Shown here in pieces: positions 38,575 through 48,341 of a stretch of DNA of 64,000 bases (positions are counted from its first letter, which is position 1; every line of letters starts with the position of its first letter). The stretch spans positions 4,406 through 68,405 of the forward strand of contig WVZK01000086.1 of the NCBI GenBank assembly GCA_011772475.1, read 5' to 3'. Origin of the DNA: Candidatus Aminicenantes bacterium (lineage in GTDB: Bacteria; Acidobacteriota; Aminicenantia; Aminicenantales; Aminicenantaceae). The position numbers and the translations under genes are program-made. A model generated the notes under the pieces. The model saw nothing but the letters and a program-made list of their open reading frames with translations, was not told the DNA's origin and did not search any database.

Positions 38575-40020
38575 TTAAGATTTTTTCCAAAAGGAGGGGG
38601 CAAAGAGGATAAGTACGGTATAGACCTCTAAGCGTCCGGCCAGCATAAAAAAGGCAAGCACCCATTTTCCAACGAGAGGAACGTGAGCATAATGATCGGT
38701 CGGACCTACGCTCCCCAGACCAGGGCCAATGTTGTTCAGAGTGGCTGCAACAGCCGCAATAGCAGATACGATGTCCAATCCTAAAATGGTCATCACAATT
38801 ACTCCGCCTATAAACAATGCGATAAGCAGAGCTAAGAAACCAAGAATGTTTCTGACAATATCTGGAGGGATAACCACATTTCCCACCCGCACCGGGATAA
38901 CCGCTTTGGGATGCATCAAGCGCCTTATTTCGGCAATAACAAACTTAATCAGGATATAGAGCCGGATGATTTTCATTCCGCCGCCAGTGCTCCCTGCACA
39001 TCCTCCACAAAACATTAAAATTAAAAGGATAAACTGCGAATTAAACGCCCACTGCTCAAAATCAGCTGTCGTGAAGCCTGTAGTAGTACAAATTGAGGTT
39101 ACTTGAAACAATGTTTTACGAAATGCTGTTTCTACATTTGAATACTGCTGCGAAAAAGTGTGGAATCCGATAAGAAGCGTGGAGCTGCTGATTAAAAAGA
39201 CAAGAAGCCGCCATTCATTGTTTTTGATATAGCTTTTAAATTCTTTTTTTAGGAATCGATAATGCAGGGAAAAATTTGTCCCCGCAGCAAGCATAAAAAA
39301 GATAATTACATAATCAACATATGCGCTGTTGTAATATCCTATGCTGGCGTTTTTTGTTGAAAAACCGCCTGTAGCCATCGTTCCAAAAGTATGACAAAGA
39401 GCTTCAAAAAGATTCATCCCTCCCAGCATTAATAAAAGCGTTTCAGCTGCGGAGATTAAAACATACACGCCCCACAGTATTTTTGCGGTTTGCGTAACCC
39501 GCGGGGTCAGTTTGTCTGGAGTTGGCCCGGGAACCTCAGCCTTAAAAAGCTGCATGCCTCCCACGCCCAGGAAGGGAAGGATGGCGATCGAGAGAACGAT
39601 GATACCCATTCCTCCCAGCCAATGGGTGAGGCTTCGCCAAAAAAGGATTCCCTGGGGCAGACCTTCTATCTCAACCAAGATGGTTGCTCCGGTGGTGGTG
39701 AAGCCGGACATGGTTTCAAAAAAAGCATTAGTTAATGATGGGATATATCCGGATAGAAGGAAGGGCAGACAACCGAACAAAGCAAAAGAAATCCAACCCA
39801 GGGTAACAATCGCAAAACCCTCACGAGCGCGAACATCTCTATCTAAGCGGGTTAGTTTGAACGAGATAAAACCTACCAAAAAAGTGATTAGAGCTGAAAT
39901 AATAAAGTAAATGTGAACCCCATCACCGTAGTATAGCGAAAAGGGGATAGGCAGAAGCATCACCGCGGAGAGAAAGATCAGAAGCAATCCAAGAACATGG
40001 ATAACTAGTCTAATATGCAT
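38575..40020 (-). CDS. trkH: TrkH family potassium uptake protein
   Basis: ETMSGFTTTGATILVEIE, TFGTMATGGFSTKNAS, QVTSICTTTGFTTADF, CGGCAGSTGGGMKIIR. Confidence 0.95.
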   Translation of the reverse strand: MHIRLVIHVLGLLLIFLSAVMLLPIPFSLYYGDGVHIYFIISALITFLVGFISFKLTRLDRDVRAREGFAIVTLGWISFALFGCLPFLLSGYIPSLTNAFFETMSGFTTTGATILVEIEGLPQGILFWRSLTHWLGGMGIIVLSIAILPFLGVGGMQLFKAEVPGPTPDKLTPRVTQTAKILWGVYVLISAAETLLLMLGGMNLFEALCHTFGTMATGGFSTKNASIGYYNSAYVDYVIIFFMLAAGTNFSLHYRFLKKEFKSYIKNNEWRLLVFLISSSTLLIGFHTFSQQYSNVETAFRKTLFQVTSICTTTGFTTADFEQWAFNSQFILLILMFCGGCAGSTGGGMKIIRLYILIKFVIAEIRRLMHPKAVIPVRVGNVVIPPDIVRNILGFLALLIALFIGGVIVMTILGLDIVSAIAAVAATLNNIGPGLGSVGPTDHYAHVPLVGKWVLAFFMLAGRLEVYTVLILFAPSFWKKS

Positions 40021-40093
40021 ATGAAAATTGCCAGAATATACTTGATTTTTTCAACCAATAAAGAATGGAAAATATCTCCATTAACGCTTCAGA

Positions 40094-41434
40094 TTATTTA
40101 AACAATTTCTCTACATCAGCAATTGCTTTAGGGAGGGCAAAAACCACGACACGATCCCCACTTTCTATCCGCGTCTCCCCAGTTGGAATAATCACTTTGT
40201 TATTGCGAGTCACAGAACCAAAGATTGCTGAGGGACGAACATGTAGATTCTTTAATGGATGTTTTGTAATCCTAGAACCTTTTTGGGGAATTATTTCAAC
40301 AATCTCTGCATCTAAGCCAGGAATTGAGTCCACGTTTTCAAGCGTGCTTTTCCGGATATAACGCAGGATGGAGTTAACAGTAATCAATTTTTTGCTCACG
40401 ACCGCATCCATGCCGATTGTAGGAGTAATAGGAAGATATTCAGTTTTATTAACCAAAGCAATAGTTCGAGGCACCTTTAGATGCCTGGCTATAAGAGTGC
40501 ATATAATGTTGGTCTCATCATCACCTGTTGCTGCAATAAAAGCATCCATATCGAGGATACCCTCTGTTGCCAAAAGGTCTACATCGGTACCATCTCCGTG
40601 AATAACCAGCGTTTTTTTGAGAATATTAGCAATTTCTTCTGACTTATCCGAGCGGCTTTCGATAACTTTGACATTAATCGTATCCTCTAAGCTTTCGGCC
40701 ACAAACTGCCCGACTAAACCACCGCCGAGAATCATTATATTTTGAATTGAAACATCTTCTTTACCAGTAATGCGCACGATCGTCGGGATCATTTGCTTTT
40801 CACAAATGATGAATATTTGATCACCAGTAACCAGGATTTCTTGCCCACCAGGAATTAATGTACGTTCCTTCCTTTTAATGGCGACGATGCGGGCAGCAAT
40901 GTTGCCATGTTCTTCCCAGAGTTCTCTTAAAGTCTTTCCCAGTACAGGAGAGTTTTTTTCAAGGCGAATACCCAACAGTTGAATCTTACCACCCTCAAAC
41001 TCCACCACACCAGTAGCGCTGCTTTGATGAATCAGGCGGGCTATGGCGTTGGCTGTTTCTCTTTCAGGATGAACGAGAAGGTCAACACCCATCTCGAAGT
41101 CTGACAGTATGAAATCGGGCCGGGTGTATTCAGGATTTCGGACCCGAGCGATTTTATGGGGGACATTAAGTTTTTGAGCAAACCGGCAACTAAGGAGATT
41201 GACGTCGTCTGAATCAGTGAGGCAAGCGAAAACATCTGCTTGGTCTACGTTAGCCTTTTTTAGATCTTCCACGCTCGAACTTGAACCAACTGTAACCAGG
41301 GCATCAAGGTGTTCTTCTGCATATCGTGCTTTTTCTGGATCTATTTCCAGTACAGTAATGTTATGCTTCTCTTCTGAAAGCCGCTTGGCCAAATGAAAAC
41401 CAACTTCACCCGCGCCTACTATCAATATGTTCAT
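40094..41434 (-). CDS. trkA: Trk system potassium transporter TrkA, two NAD-binding + TrkA-C units
   Basis: MNILIVGAGEVGFHLAKRLSEEKHNITVLEIDPEKA; second Rossmann motif IMILGGGLVGQFVAESLE. Confidence 0.95.
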   Translation of the reverse strand: MNILIVGAGEVGFHLAKRLSEEKHNITVLEIDPEKARYAEEHLDALVTVGSSSSVEDLKKANVDQADVFACLTDSDDVNLLSCRFAQKLNVPHKIARVRNPEYTRPDFILSDFEMGVDLLVHPERETANAIARLIHQSSATGVVEFEGGKIQLLGIRLEKNSPVLGKTLRELWEEHGNIAARIVAIKRKERTLIPGGQEILVTGDQIFIICEKQMIPTIVRITGKEDVSIQNIMILGGGLVGQFVAESLEDTINVKVIESRSDKSEEIANILKKTLVIHGDGTDVDLLATEGILDMDAFIAATGDDETNIICTLIARHLKVPRTIALVNKTEYLPITPTIGMDAVVSKKLITVNSILRYIRKSTLENVDSIPGLDAEIVEIIPQKGSRITKHPLKNLHVRPSAIFGSVTRNNKVIIPTGETRIESGDRVVVFALPKAIADVEKLFK

Positions 41435-41501
41435 AATCTTTTTTTGTTCTCCTATATCTATCTGGATTGCTTGAATTCCCTCCTATTTCTTCCTTATTTA
41501 G

Positions 41502-41530
41502 CTTCTAACATAGGAGAAAATTAAAGTCAA
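41502..41530 (-). promoter_or_regulatory. Promoter for trkA (weaker member of the core family)
   Basis: Minus strand TTGACT TTAATTTTCTCCTATGT TAGAAG, extended -10 TG. Confidence 0.45.
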
Positions 41531-41694
41531 ATATGCGCCCCTGACAATGTATATAGGCATTTTAAATATTTCCTGTTCTTAGCAGCGTGAAAACTTCTGG
41601 TTTTGCCGTGACTTGATTTCCTTCCGTAGAGCTTTTAATATCTATTCTTGAAACATCCGGTTTGGTTTTTAACCTGAGAAATAAAGGAAATAAT

Positions 41695-42375
41695 ATGAAG
41701 TATGAAGAAATCATAAATAAGCTGAATTCCCTAGCCTGCCCAGAGATAGTCAACGATATGGCGAGGTTCGGAATTAGCCCTAAGAATACCCTAGGAGTAT
41801 CAATCACAAATCTGAAGAAAATGGCCAAGGAAACAGGGATAGACCATGATCTTGCCCTAAGGTTATGGGATTCAAAGATACATGAAGCTCGCATACTGGC
41901 TAGCCTGATTGATGATCCTGAGATAGTTACCGAAGAGCAAATGGAAAAGTGGGCAAAAGATATCGACTCCTGGGACGTTTGTGACCTATGTTGTGGTAAT
42001 CTTTTTGATAAGACAAGGTATGCTTATAAAAAGGCAGTTGAATGGAGCTTTAGGGAGGAAGAATTCGTTAAGAGAGCAGGATTTGTTCTGATGGCAATCC
42101 TTGCAGTACATGATAAAAAAGCAGAAGACAAAAAGTTCCAGAAGTTCTTTCCTCTCATTATTAGAGAAGCCACGGATAACAGGAACTATGTAAAAAAAGG
42201 AGTGAATTGGGCGTTGCGACAAATCGGAAAGCGAAACCTTAACCTGAACAAGGAGGCGATTAAAACGGCAGATAAGATAGAAACAGTAGAATCCAAAGCC
42301 GCCAAATGGATCGCCTCTGATGCGATAAGGGAATTAAGAAGCGACCCAGTACAAAAAAGGCTGAGGAAAGGATAA
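41695..42375 (+). CDS. DNA alkylation repair (AlkD-like HEAT-repeat) protein
   Basis: NTLGVSITNLKKMAKETGIDHDLALRLWDSKIHEARILASLIDDPE; SWDVCDLCCGNLF; FVKRAGFVLMA. Confidence 0.85.
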   Translation: MKYEEIINKLNSLACPEIVNDMARFGISPKNTLGVSITNLKKMAKETGIDHDLALRLWDSKIHEARILASLIDDPEIVTEEQMEKWAKDIDSWDVCDLCCGNLFDKTRYAYKKAVEWSFREEEFVKRAGFVLMAILAVHDKKAEDKKFQKFFPLIIREATDNRNYVKKGVNWALRQIGKRNLNLNKEAIKTADKIETVESKAAKWIASDAIRELRSDPVQKRLRKG

Positions 42376-42378
42376 AAC

Positions 42379-44058
42379 CTACTTTTTATCAAATCTGAGG
42401 TTTTTGACCCGTCCAGCGTCCAGTATAAAACCGGTTGGTTCTTCCTCCTCGTTACGAATAAAATTAATCCTGTAACTCCTTACATTAAACTTATCCTTTA
42501 ATGTGGGCAGCAAGGGATTCTCAGGAGCATTCCTATGAACAAAATGCAGCTTTCCTTCCTTCAGAGCTAACCTGAATGTTACCTGAAGTTCTTCACTATA
42601 ATAATCTCCTGTATATTCTTCTAGCTGCTCAGGAGTTGCTTTTACTTGCTTGAAAGATTCGTATGTTTCAGATTTCTTCCCATCTCGATAAATATGCATT
42701 AATATAGGTTTTCCCTTGTCCTGTTTTTCAAACTTAAGCATCATCTCGACCGGTACTTTCAGCACTTTAAATTCTGTTTCGCTTACGGCTGCAAGGTTAT
42801 ACCTTTGGCCAGACACTTCAAGGATTAATGCGTTGCCTCTTAAACCCAGTCTTCTAAATGCCCCGGTTTTTGGATCCATGTAAGTGCCAGCTTTTTCTTG
42901 AAGTTTTTTCTTCGGGAGCTTAATAAATCTAGTCTCTTCTACTGGCTTCGCTACAGGTTTTTCCTTTTCTACTGTGAATTGATCCGCAAGATAAATGTCA
43001 GTCACTTGCTGGCCTAGCCTTGATGGGTTAAACGAGCTCAGGTTGGAGAGACAGATTACAGAGAAATTTTGTTCTGGAAAGCGAACAAACACTGATCTGT
43101 AGCCTCCCAAGGCACCTCCGTGGCCAACAGTTTTTAATCCTTTATATTTCCCTATACCGAGAGCAAAAGCATAATCAAGCTCTTCGCCGCTGTTCAATTT
43201 TCCTTTGGTAAGCATGAGGTTGATCAAGTCTTTCTCCCCAACCTTATAGTGGTAGAAATTTTGATCCCAAAGAAAAAGGTCTTCGACAGAAGTGAATAAG
43301 CCGCCGGATCCGACACAGTCAAAAGTGGAAATAAAATTCCTAAATTTTCCTTTTCCTGAAGGAAAATAACCAGAAGCTCTGTTCTTTATGAGCATCATGT
43401 AATCATCATGGAAATGAGAGTTTTTCATTCCCAGGGGCTTGAAGATGTTTTCCTCTGCGAATTCTCTGAGGCTTTTGCCACTGGCTCTCTCCGCGATCAC
43501 CGCAAGAAGGAAGTAGCCTGAATTGCTGTAAAGATATTCCTCTCCAGGATTGAAATTTAATTGTTTCTGACGTGCGATAAGTTCGACCACATCCTCTTTG
43601 TGATAAGTGCCATAATCAATACCCGCAATCCCCAGCAGGGTGAGATAATCACGGAGCCCGCTCGTATGGTGGATCAAATGGCGAATAGTGATAGGAGTTC
43701 CATAATCCGGCAATTCTGGCACTAACTTACGGATGTTATCGTCAAGGGAAAGTTTTTCCTCCTTGGCCAGGAGCACGATACACATGGATACGAATTGTTT
43801 TGAAACAGAACCTATATAAAAAACTGATTGAGGAGTGATGGGGATGTTGAGTTCCAGATTGGCCATGCCATACCCTTTTTTATAGATAATCTCGCCATCT
43901 TTAATGACGGCCAGCGCGCAGCCCGGCGAATCTTTCTTGTCCCATTGAGAAAAAAGCTTATCCACTGCGTCTGTTTTTTTATCAGCGGTAGCCGACGAAA
44001 CAAAAACCAGGAAGAGAATAAGCGTGAGTATTGTCTTTAGTCTATATGATCTTTTCAT
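42379..44058 (-). CDS. Beta-lactamase-family serine hydrolase (class C/PBP-like), secreted
   Basis: SVFYIGSVSKQFVSMCIVLLAKE (SxxK), YLYSNSGYFLLAVIAERASGKSL (YxN), GHGGALGGYRSVFVRFP. Confidence 0.9.
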   Translation of the reverse strand: MKRSYRLKTILTLILFLVFVSSATADKKTDAVDKLFSQWDKKDSPGCALAVIKDGEIIYKKGYGMANLELNIPITPQSVFYIGSVSKQFVSMCIVLLAKEEKLSLDDNIRKLVPELPDYGTPITIRHLIHHTSGLRDYLTLLGIAGIDYGTYHKEDVVELIARQKQLNFNPGEEYLYSNSGYFLLAVIAERASGKSLREFAEENIFKPLGMKNSHFHDDYMMLIKNRASGYFPSGKGKFRNFISTFDCVGSGGLFTSVEDLFLWDQNFYHYKVGEKDLINLMLTKGKLNSGEELDYAFALGIGKYKGLKTVGHGGALGGYRSVFVRFPEQNFSVICLSNLSSFNPSRLGQQVTDIYLADQFTVEKEKPVAKPVEETRFIKLPKKKLQEKAGTYMDPKTGAFRRLGLRGNALILEVSGQRYNLAAVSETEFKVLKVPVEMMLKFEKQDKGKPILMHIYRDGKKSETYESFKQVKATPEQLEEYTGDYYSEELQVTFRLALKEGKLHFVHRNAPENPLLPTLKDKFNVRSYRINFIRNEEEEPTGFILDAGRVKNLRFDKK

Positions 44059-44167
44059 GGTTAGATGTGCCTCCTTCATTCACAACTGAGGTTAATGATT
44101 ATATGAATTTTTCCGGCTCATATCTACATTATTCTTAGGTTTGAAGTGCTGAAGACAATTTTAACTT

Positions 44168-44196
44168 TTGACATCAAATTTTTCCTGTGCTATTAG
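44168..44196 (+). promoter_or_regulatory. Promoter of the conserved core family
   Basis: TTGACA TCAAATTTTTCCTGTGC TATTAG; spacer identical to 3148-3164. Confidence 0.6.
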
Positions 44197-44326
44197 GTAT
44201 CTAATAAAAACCAAAACAAGGAGCGAGATATAGGAGACAATTTGACCTGCCAGGTCGAATGTAAAAAAACTCATGGAATTTCCAGATAGAATCGCTCAAA
44301 AGTAAATTATAGAGCGAGCTTGTGCT

Positions 44327-44626
44327 ATGACTAAAGTTGCCCGTGTGAACGCAGAAAAAAAAATAAAAGATTGTCGTCAACTCGTTTCTTCAAAGAAAGT
44401 GATTAAATGTCTTGAAGATTTATTTTTAAACACAAATAACGGCTTGGTTGCCTATGAGATTGGACATGAATATGAAAAAACAGGAAAAACCGAGGAGGCT
44501 ATTGAATACTATGAGCGGGCTGAGAATCTGTTCAACCAGCCCATATATAAGAATATGGCGAGAGCTGCTATAAATAATTTAGCTATAGAATCTCTCCTTG
44601 CTGCGAAGAAAAAAAAGAGAAATTAA
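44327..44626 (+). CDS. Small TPR-like protein
   Basis: 99 aa; NNGLVAYEIGHEYEKTGKTEEAIEYYERAENLF. Confidence 0.6.
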   Translation: MTKVARVNAEKKIKDCRQLVSSKKVIKCLEDLFLNTNNGLVAYEIGHEYEKTGKTEEAIEYYERAENLFNQPIYKNMARAAINNLAIESLLAAKKKKRN

Positions 44627-44661
44627 GCTTTCATTTCTGGAGATAAGGCCCATCAAACCTT

Positions 44662-45762
44662 ATGAAATCAATATTGAAGTTCTATAAACAGCACGCCGCC
44701 CTTTTCGAATTCCTTAAGTTATTGATTTTCCTTTATCTGTTCGTTTTTAGTCTCGAATTGATGGGGACTTCGCTTAAAATGTTCGGGAAAGGGCTGGCGA
44801 CAAATCTAATTCAAACCACGACCAATCCTCTAGTAGGCTTATTTATCGGAATTCTGGCGACTTCTTTTATCCAATCCTCTTCTTCTACTACATCCATTGT
44901 CGTAGGCCTCGTGGGGGGCGGAGTTTTGAATGTCGCTAATGCCATACCCATAATAATGGGGGCCAATATAGGAACTTCCGTGACTAACACGCTCGCCTCT
45001 CTTACCCAGATTAATCGCAATATTGAATTTCAACGCTCATTTTCAGTAGCAGTTGTGCACGATTTTTTCAATTTGCTGGCAGTAATTGTGATATTTCCTT
45101 TGCAGTATTTTACGAATTTCTTGGGCCAGATTGCGAGCTTTATGGGCGAGGAATTTCAACACATTGGAGGCCTGAAATTTCTAAGTCCTGTAAAAGCGAT
45201 AACCAAACCTGTCGTAGGAGTTATAAAGAACTGGATTGGAGATCAACCCTGGATTTTGTTGGTTTTATCTTTTGTTTGTCTGCTTTTGGCGTTATCTCAG
45301 ATGGTGAAATCTTTAAAAGCCTTGGTAGTGACAAGGGCGGAGGCCTGGTTCGATCGCTATTTATTCAAGACACCTTTGAGGGCATTTCTGGTTGGATTAA
45401 TGTTGACTGTAATGGTGCAGAGTAGTTCTATCACGACTTCCCTTGCGGTTCCAATGGCAGGGGCAGGCCTCTTGACCATTGTCCAGATTTTCCCTTACAC
45501 TGTAGGGGCCAATATCGGGACAACGGTAACAGCGATTCTTGCTGCTCTAGTAACGGGAAATCTTTCGGCGATCATTGTGGCTTTTTCTCATCTACTTTTT
45601 AATATATCTGGAATGATTATCTGGTGGCCTTTGAAATTCGTGCCTGTCTCTTTAGCCCAAAGATTTTCCAAGTTTGCGACCCGGAAGAAACTGATTCCAG
45701 TCTTTTATATTCTGATTGTTTTTTTCCTTATACCCATTCTATTGATTTATTTTTTGAGGTAG
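44662..45762 (+). CDS. Na/Pi cotransporter family protein
   Basis: Duplicated QSSSSTTSIVVGLVGGGVL and QSSSITTSLAVPMAGAGLL; GANIGTSVTNTLAS and GANIGTTVTAILAA. Confidence 0.93.
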   Translation: MKSILKFYKQHAALFEFLKLLIFLYLFVFSLELMGTSLKMFGKGLATNLIQTTTNPLVGLFIGILATSFIQSSSSTTSIVVGLVGGGVLNVANAIPIIMGANIGTSVTNTLASLTQINRNIEFQRSFSVAVVHDFFNLLAVIVIFPLQYFTNFLGQIASFMGEEFQHIGGLKFLSPVKAITKPVVGVIKNWIGDQPWILLVLSFVCLLLALSQMVKSLKALVVTRAEAWFDRYLFKTPLRAFLVGLMLTVMVQSSSITTSLAVPMAGAGLLTIVQIFPYTVGANIGTTVTAILAALVTGNLSAIIVAFSHLLFNISGMIIWWPLKFVPVSLAQRFSKFATRKKLIPVFYILIVFFLIPILLIYFLR

Positions 45763-45772
45763 GAGGGAGTCG

Positions 45773-46444
45773 ATGTTTAAAGAATGGATTGCAATCTTTA
45801 AGAAGGATACGTTGATGGACCGTGCTTATAAACGATCTTATTTGATGTTAGACTTAACGCGCCAAATGTTTATAAGGGCCAAGGAATCGCTGCGGTATTT
45901 AGAGGATAATCAAGTTGATATTGATATTAAGGATAAAGATTTGGAAATCAATAAGTATGAGCGGGAGGTGCGTCGTAATGTGTTTAATCACCTTGCAGTC
46001 AGCGGAGCGGCTAAGCTGCCTTCAGGTTTGGTTTTAGTAAGCATTATCATCGACATTGAACGAATCGGAGATTACACCAAAAATATTGTTGAACTGGCCC
46101 TGAATCATTCTGGGAAGTTACACGGAGGGAAATTTGAAAAAGATTTGCAGCGAGTGGAAGAGGCGATGGAAGAGAATTTTGCTAAGACTCGAGATTGCTT
46201 TGAATCCTGCGAAGAGGCTGAGGCTTTGAAGCTGCTTGAAGAATATAAATGGGTAAATCCCATCTGTGACAAAATATTAATAGGGCTGATTAAAGAAGAG
46301 GACAAAAACATCCGTCCTGGCGATGCGGTATCTCTTGCCATGTATTTCCGCTGGCTAAAACGGATCAATTCTCATATGCGGAACATTATGACAAGCGTCG
46401 TCAATCCATTTGATAGAATAGGCTTCGAGCCAAAGACACGATAA
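45773..46444 (+). CDS. PhoU-domain protein
   Basis: 223-aa helical protein immediately downstream of the Na/Pi symporter. IERIGDYTKNIVELAL; GGAGG ribosome-binding site. Confidence 0.8.
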   Translation: MFKEWIAIFKKDTLMDRAYKRSYLMLDLTRQMFIRAKESLRYLEDNQVDIDIKDKDLEINKYEREVRRNVFNHLAVSGAAKLPSGLVLVSIIIDIERIGDYTKNIVELALNHSGKLHGGKFEKDLQRVEEAMEENFAKTRDCFESCEEAEALKLLEEYKWVNPICDKILIGLIKEEDKNIRPGDAVSLAMYFRWLKRINSHMRNIMTSVVNPFDRIGFEPKTR

Positions 46445-46463
46445 ATCTTGCAGGGAATCGATC

Positions 46464-47822
46464 TTATTTTTCGTTTATTCTCTTAAAAATATAATATGCG
46501 GGAATTCCCGCTAGCACGGTTAGAATCGCAATCAATGAGGGAATCGGGCCTTCAAGAAAACCCAGAGTAAGAATCGAAACACCTGCGAGTATGTATATGA
46601 TGGGAATAACGGGATAACCCAGCATTTTATACTCACTTTTATTTAAACTTCTTAGCTTAAAAACACCAATTACTGCCAGAATCGGGAAAATGCCAAGGGA
46701 AAAACCCATATAAGTCAATATCTTGTCAAGAGTCCCTGATAACACTATGACTATCGCAATTACACACTGCAGCAATATTGATTTTGAAGGAACTCGGTAA
46801 ACACTGTTGACCTTGGAAGCAAACTTGAAGAAATACCCATCTTTAGCCATTGAGTAATAAACTCTCGGGCCCAGAATGATGAAGGCGCTCAAAGATGATA
46901 GAAGGGCGAAGGATATCAGGACTGATAAAAAGCTCTCGAAAGATTTACTGAACAGATTTCTCACTGCAAGACCACCTATGGAGATGACCCCACTCATTTC
47001 TTCAGGCGAAGCGCCATAGACATAAAATAGATTCAAGCCGAAATAAAGAAGGATGACTATTCCAGTTCCCAGGATCAAAGAAAGAGGCAGATTTTTCTTC
47101 GGGTTTTTTATCTCTGATCCTATGTAAGCGGATGCGTTCCAACCGCTGTAGGCAAACATTATCCACATTAGAGAAAGACCAATGACTTTCCATCCTCCAA
47201 AATCAAAGATGAACTCTTTACCCTGGGAGAAATGATCGAAATTCCCTTTTCCAAAGGAAAATCCTATCAATATAAGACCAGCTATCAAACCGACTTTTAA
47301 TAATGTCAGTAAATTTTGAACTCTTGTCCCGAATATAATCCCTCTAAGATGAACCAAGGTAAAAACCAAGATAACAAGGATCGAATAAAACTTTTTTAAG
47401 GCCATTGCTTCAAAATCTTCCCCGAAAATCCCTAAACTTAGAAGCTGAGGAAAAGCTCTGGTTAAATATTCTGTAAATCCTATGGCAGAAGCAGCTACCG
47501 GAGCAGAAAAACCGACAAAAAAGGAGACCCAACCGCTTAAGAAGCCGAACAGAGGATTGAATAATCTGGAAAGGAAAATATATTCACCTCCTGCCTGCGG
47601 TATTGCTGCGCCAAGTTCGCTGTAGCATAAAGCGCCGCACAGCGCTATCAGTCCCCCCACAATCCACAATGCCATCAGTAATAAAGGATTACCCAGGTCT
47701 TCCATTAACAGCCCGGATGTAACGAATATTCCGGCTCCGATCATATTGGCAACGACGATGTTTGTTACGGGGAAAAGCCCAAGTTTTCTTTCTAGGGAAT
47801 TTTCAGGTAACTTATCGGGCAT
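46464..47822 (-). CDS. APC family amino acid permease
   Basis: NMIGAGIFVTSGLLMEDLGNPLLLMALWIVGGLIALCGALCYSELGAAIPQAGGEYIFLSRLF. Confidence 0.93.
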   Translation of the reverse strand: MPDKLPENSLERKLGLFPVTNIVVANMIGAGIFVTSGLLMEDLGNPLLLMALWIVGGLIALCGALCYSELGAAIPQAGGEYIFLSRLFNPLFGFLSGWVSFFVGFSAPVAASAIGFTEYLTRAFPQLLSLGIFGEDFEAMALKKFYSILVILVFTLVHLRGIIFGTRVQNLLTLLKVGLIAGLILIGFSFGKGNFDHFSQGKEFIFDFGGWKVIGLSLMWIMFAYSGWNASAYIGSEIKNPKKNLPLSLILGTGIVILLYFGLNLFYVYGASPEEMSGVISIGGLAVRNLFSKSFESFLSVLISFALLSSLSAFIILGPRVYYSMAKDGYFFKFASKVNSVYRVPSKSILLQCVIAIVIVLSGTLDKILTYMGFSLGIFPILAVIGVFKLRSLNKSEYKMLGYPVIPIIYILAGVSILTLGFLEGPIPSLIAILTVLAGIPAYYIFKRINEK

Positions 47823-48049
47823 GATGTTATTTTGACGTATGAAATAAAAAAATCTTCCTATTGAAGGAATTAACTAAGAATTCTAATTACTTTGCCTCCT
47901 TTCTTTATGAGTAGTCATAGTAAGGAAGCATCTTTATCCCAGAATTTGGGGAAATCAAAAGATATATTTTAACAAGTTCTTCCTTTTATTGCGAGGAAAC
48001 TGTCACGTAACAATCCCCGCCTTATATCTGGATGGGATTAATTGTATTT

Positions 48050-48135
48050 GTAGGGGTTTGATTCATCAAATCAACGCTTTTTATTGTGCAGGGATTTGAT
48101 TTGTTTGTAGGGGTTTGATTCATCAAACCCGCACT
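48050..48135. repeat. Two GTAG-palindrome repeats 57 bp apart with a degenerate copy between
   Basis: GTAGGGGTTTGATTCATCAAA at 48050 and 48107. Confidence 0.88.
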
Positions 48136-48341
48136 TATTCAAAATTGTAATATGCAGTTTTACCCGAATTGAGGACTCGAACCTTTTTTCCCTTTTATTA
48201 TGTTATATTAATTTTTATAATATGGAAGTTTTAAAGAGTCCATACTTATAAAAAGGAGTCCTTTTCTATTTTTTGCGCCCAGCATGGACTAGGCTTCAGA
48301 ATTTCTGTAGTCTACAAAATTAGTAGAAAGGCGGTCTTGCC

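Noticed and set aside
39512-39910. 132-aa plus-strand ORF
   Set aside because: Antisense to trkH.
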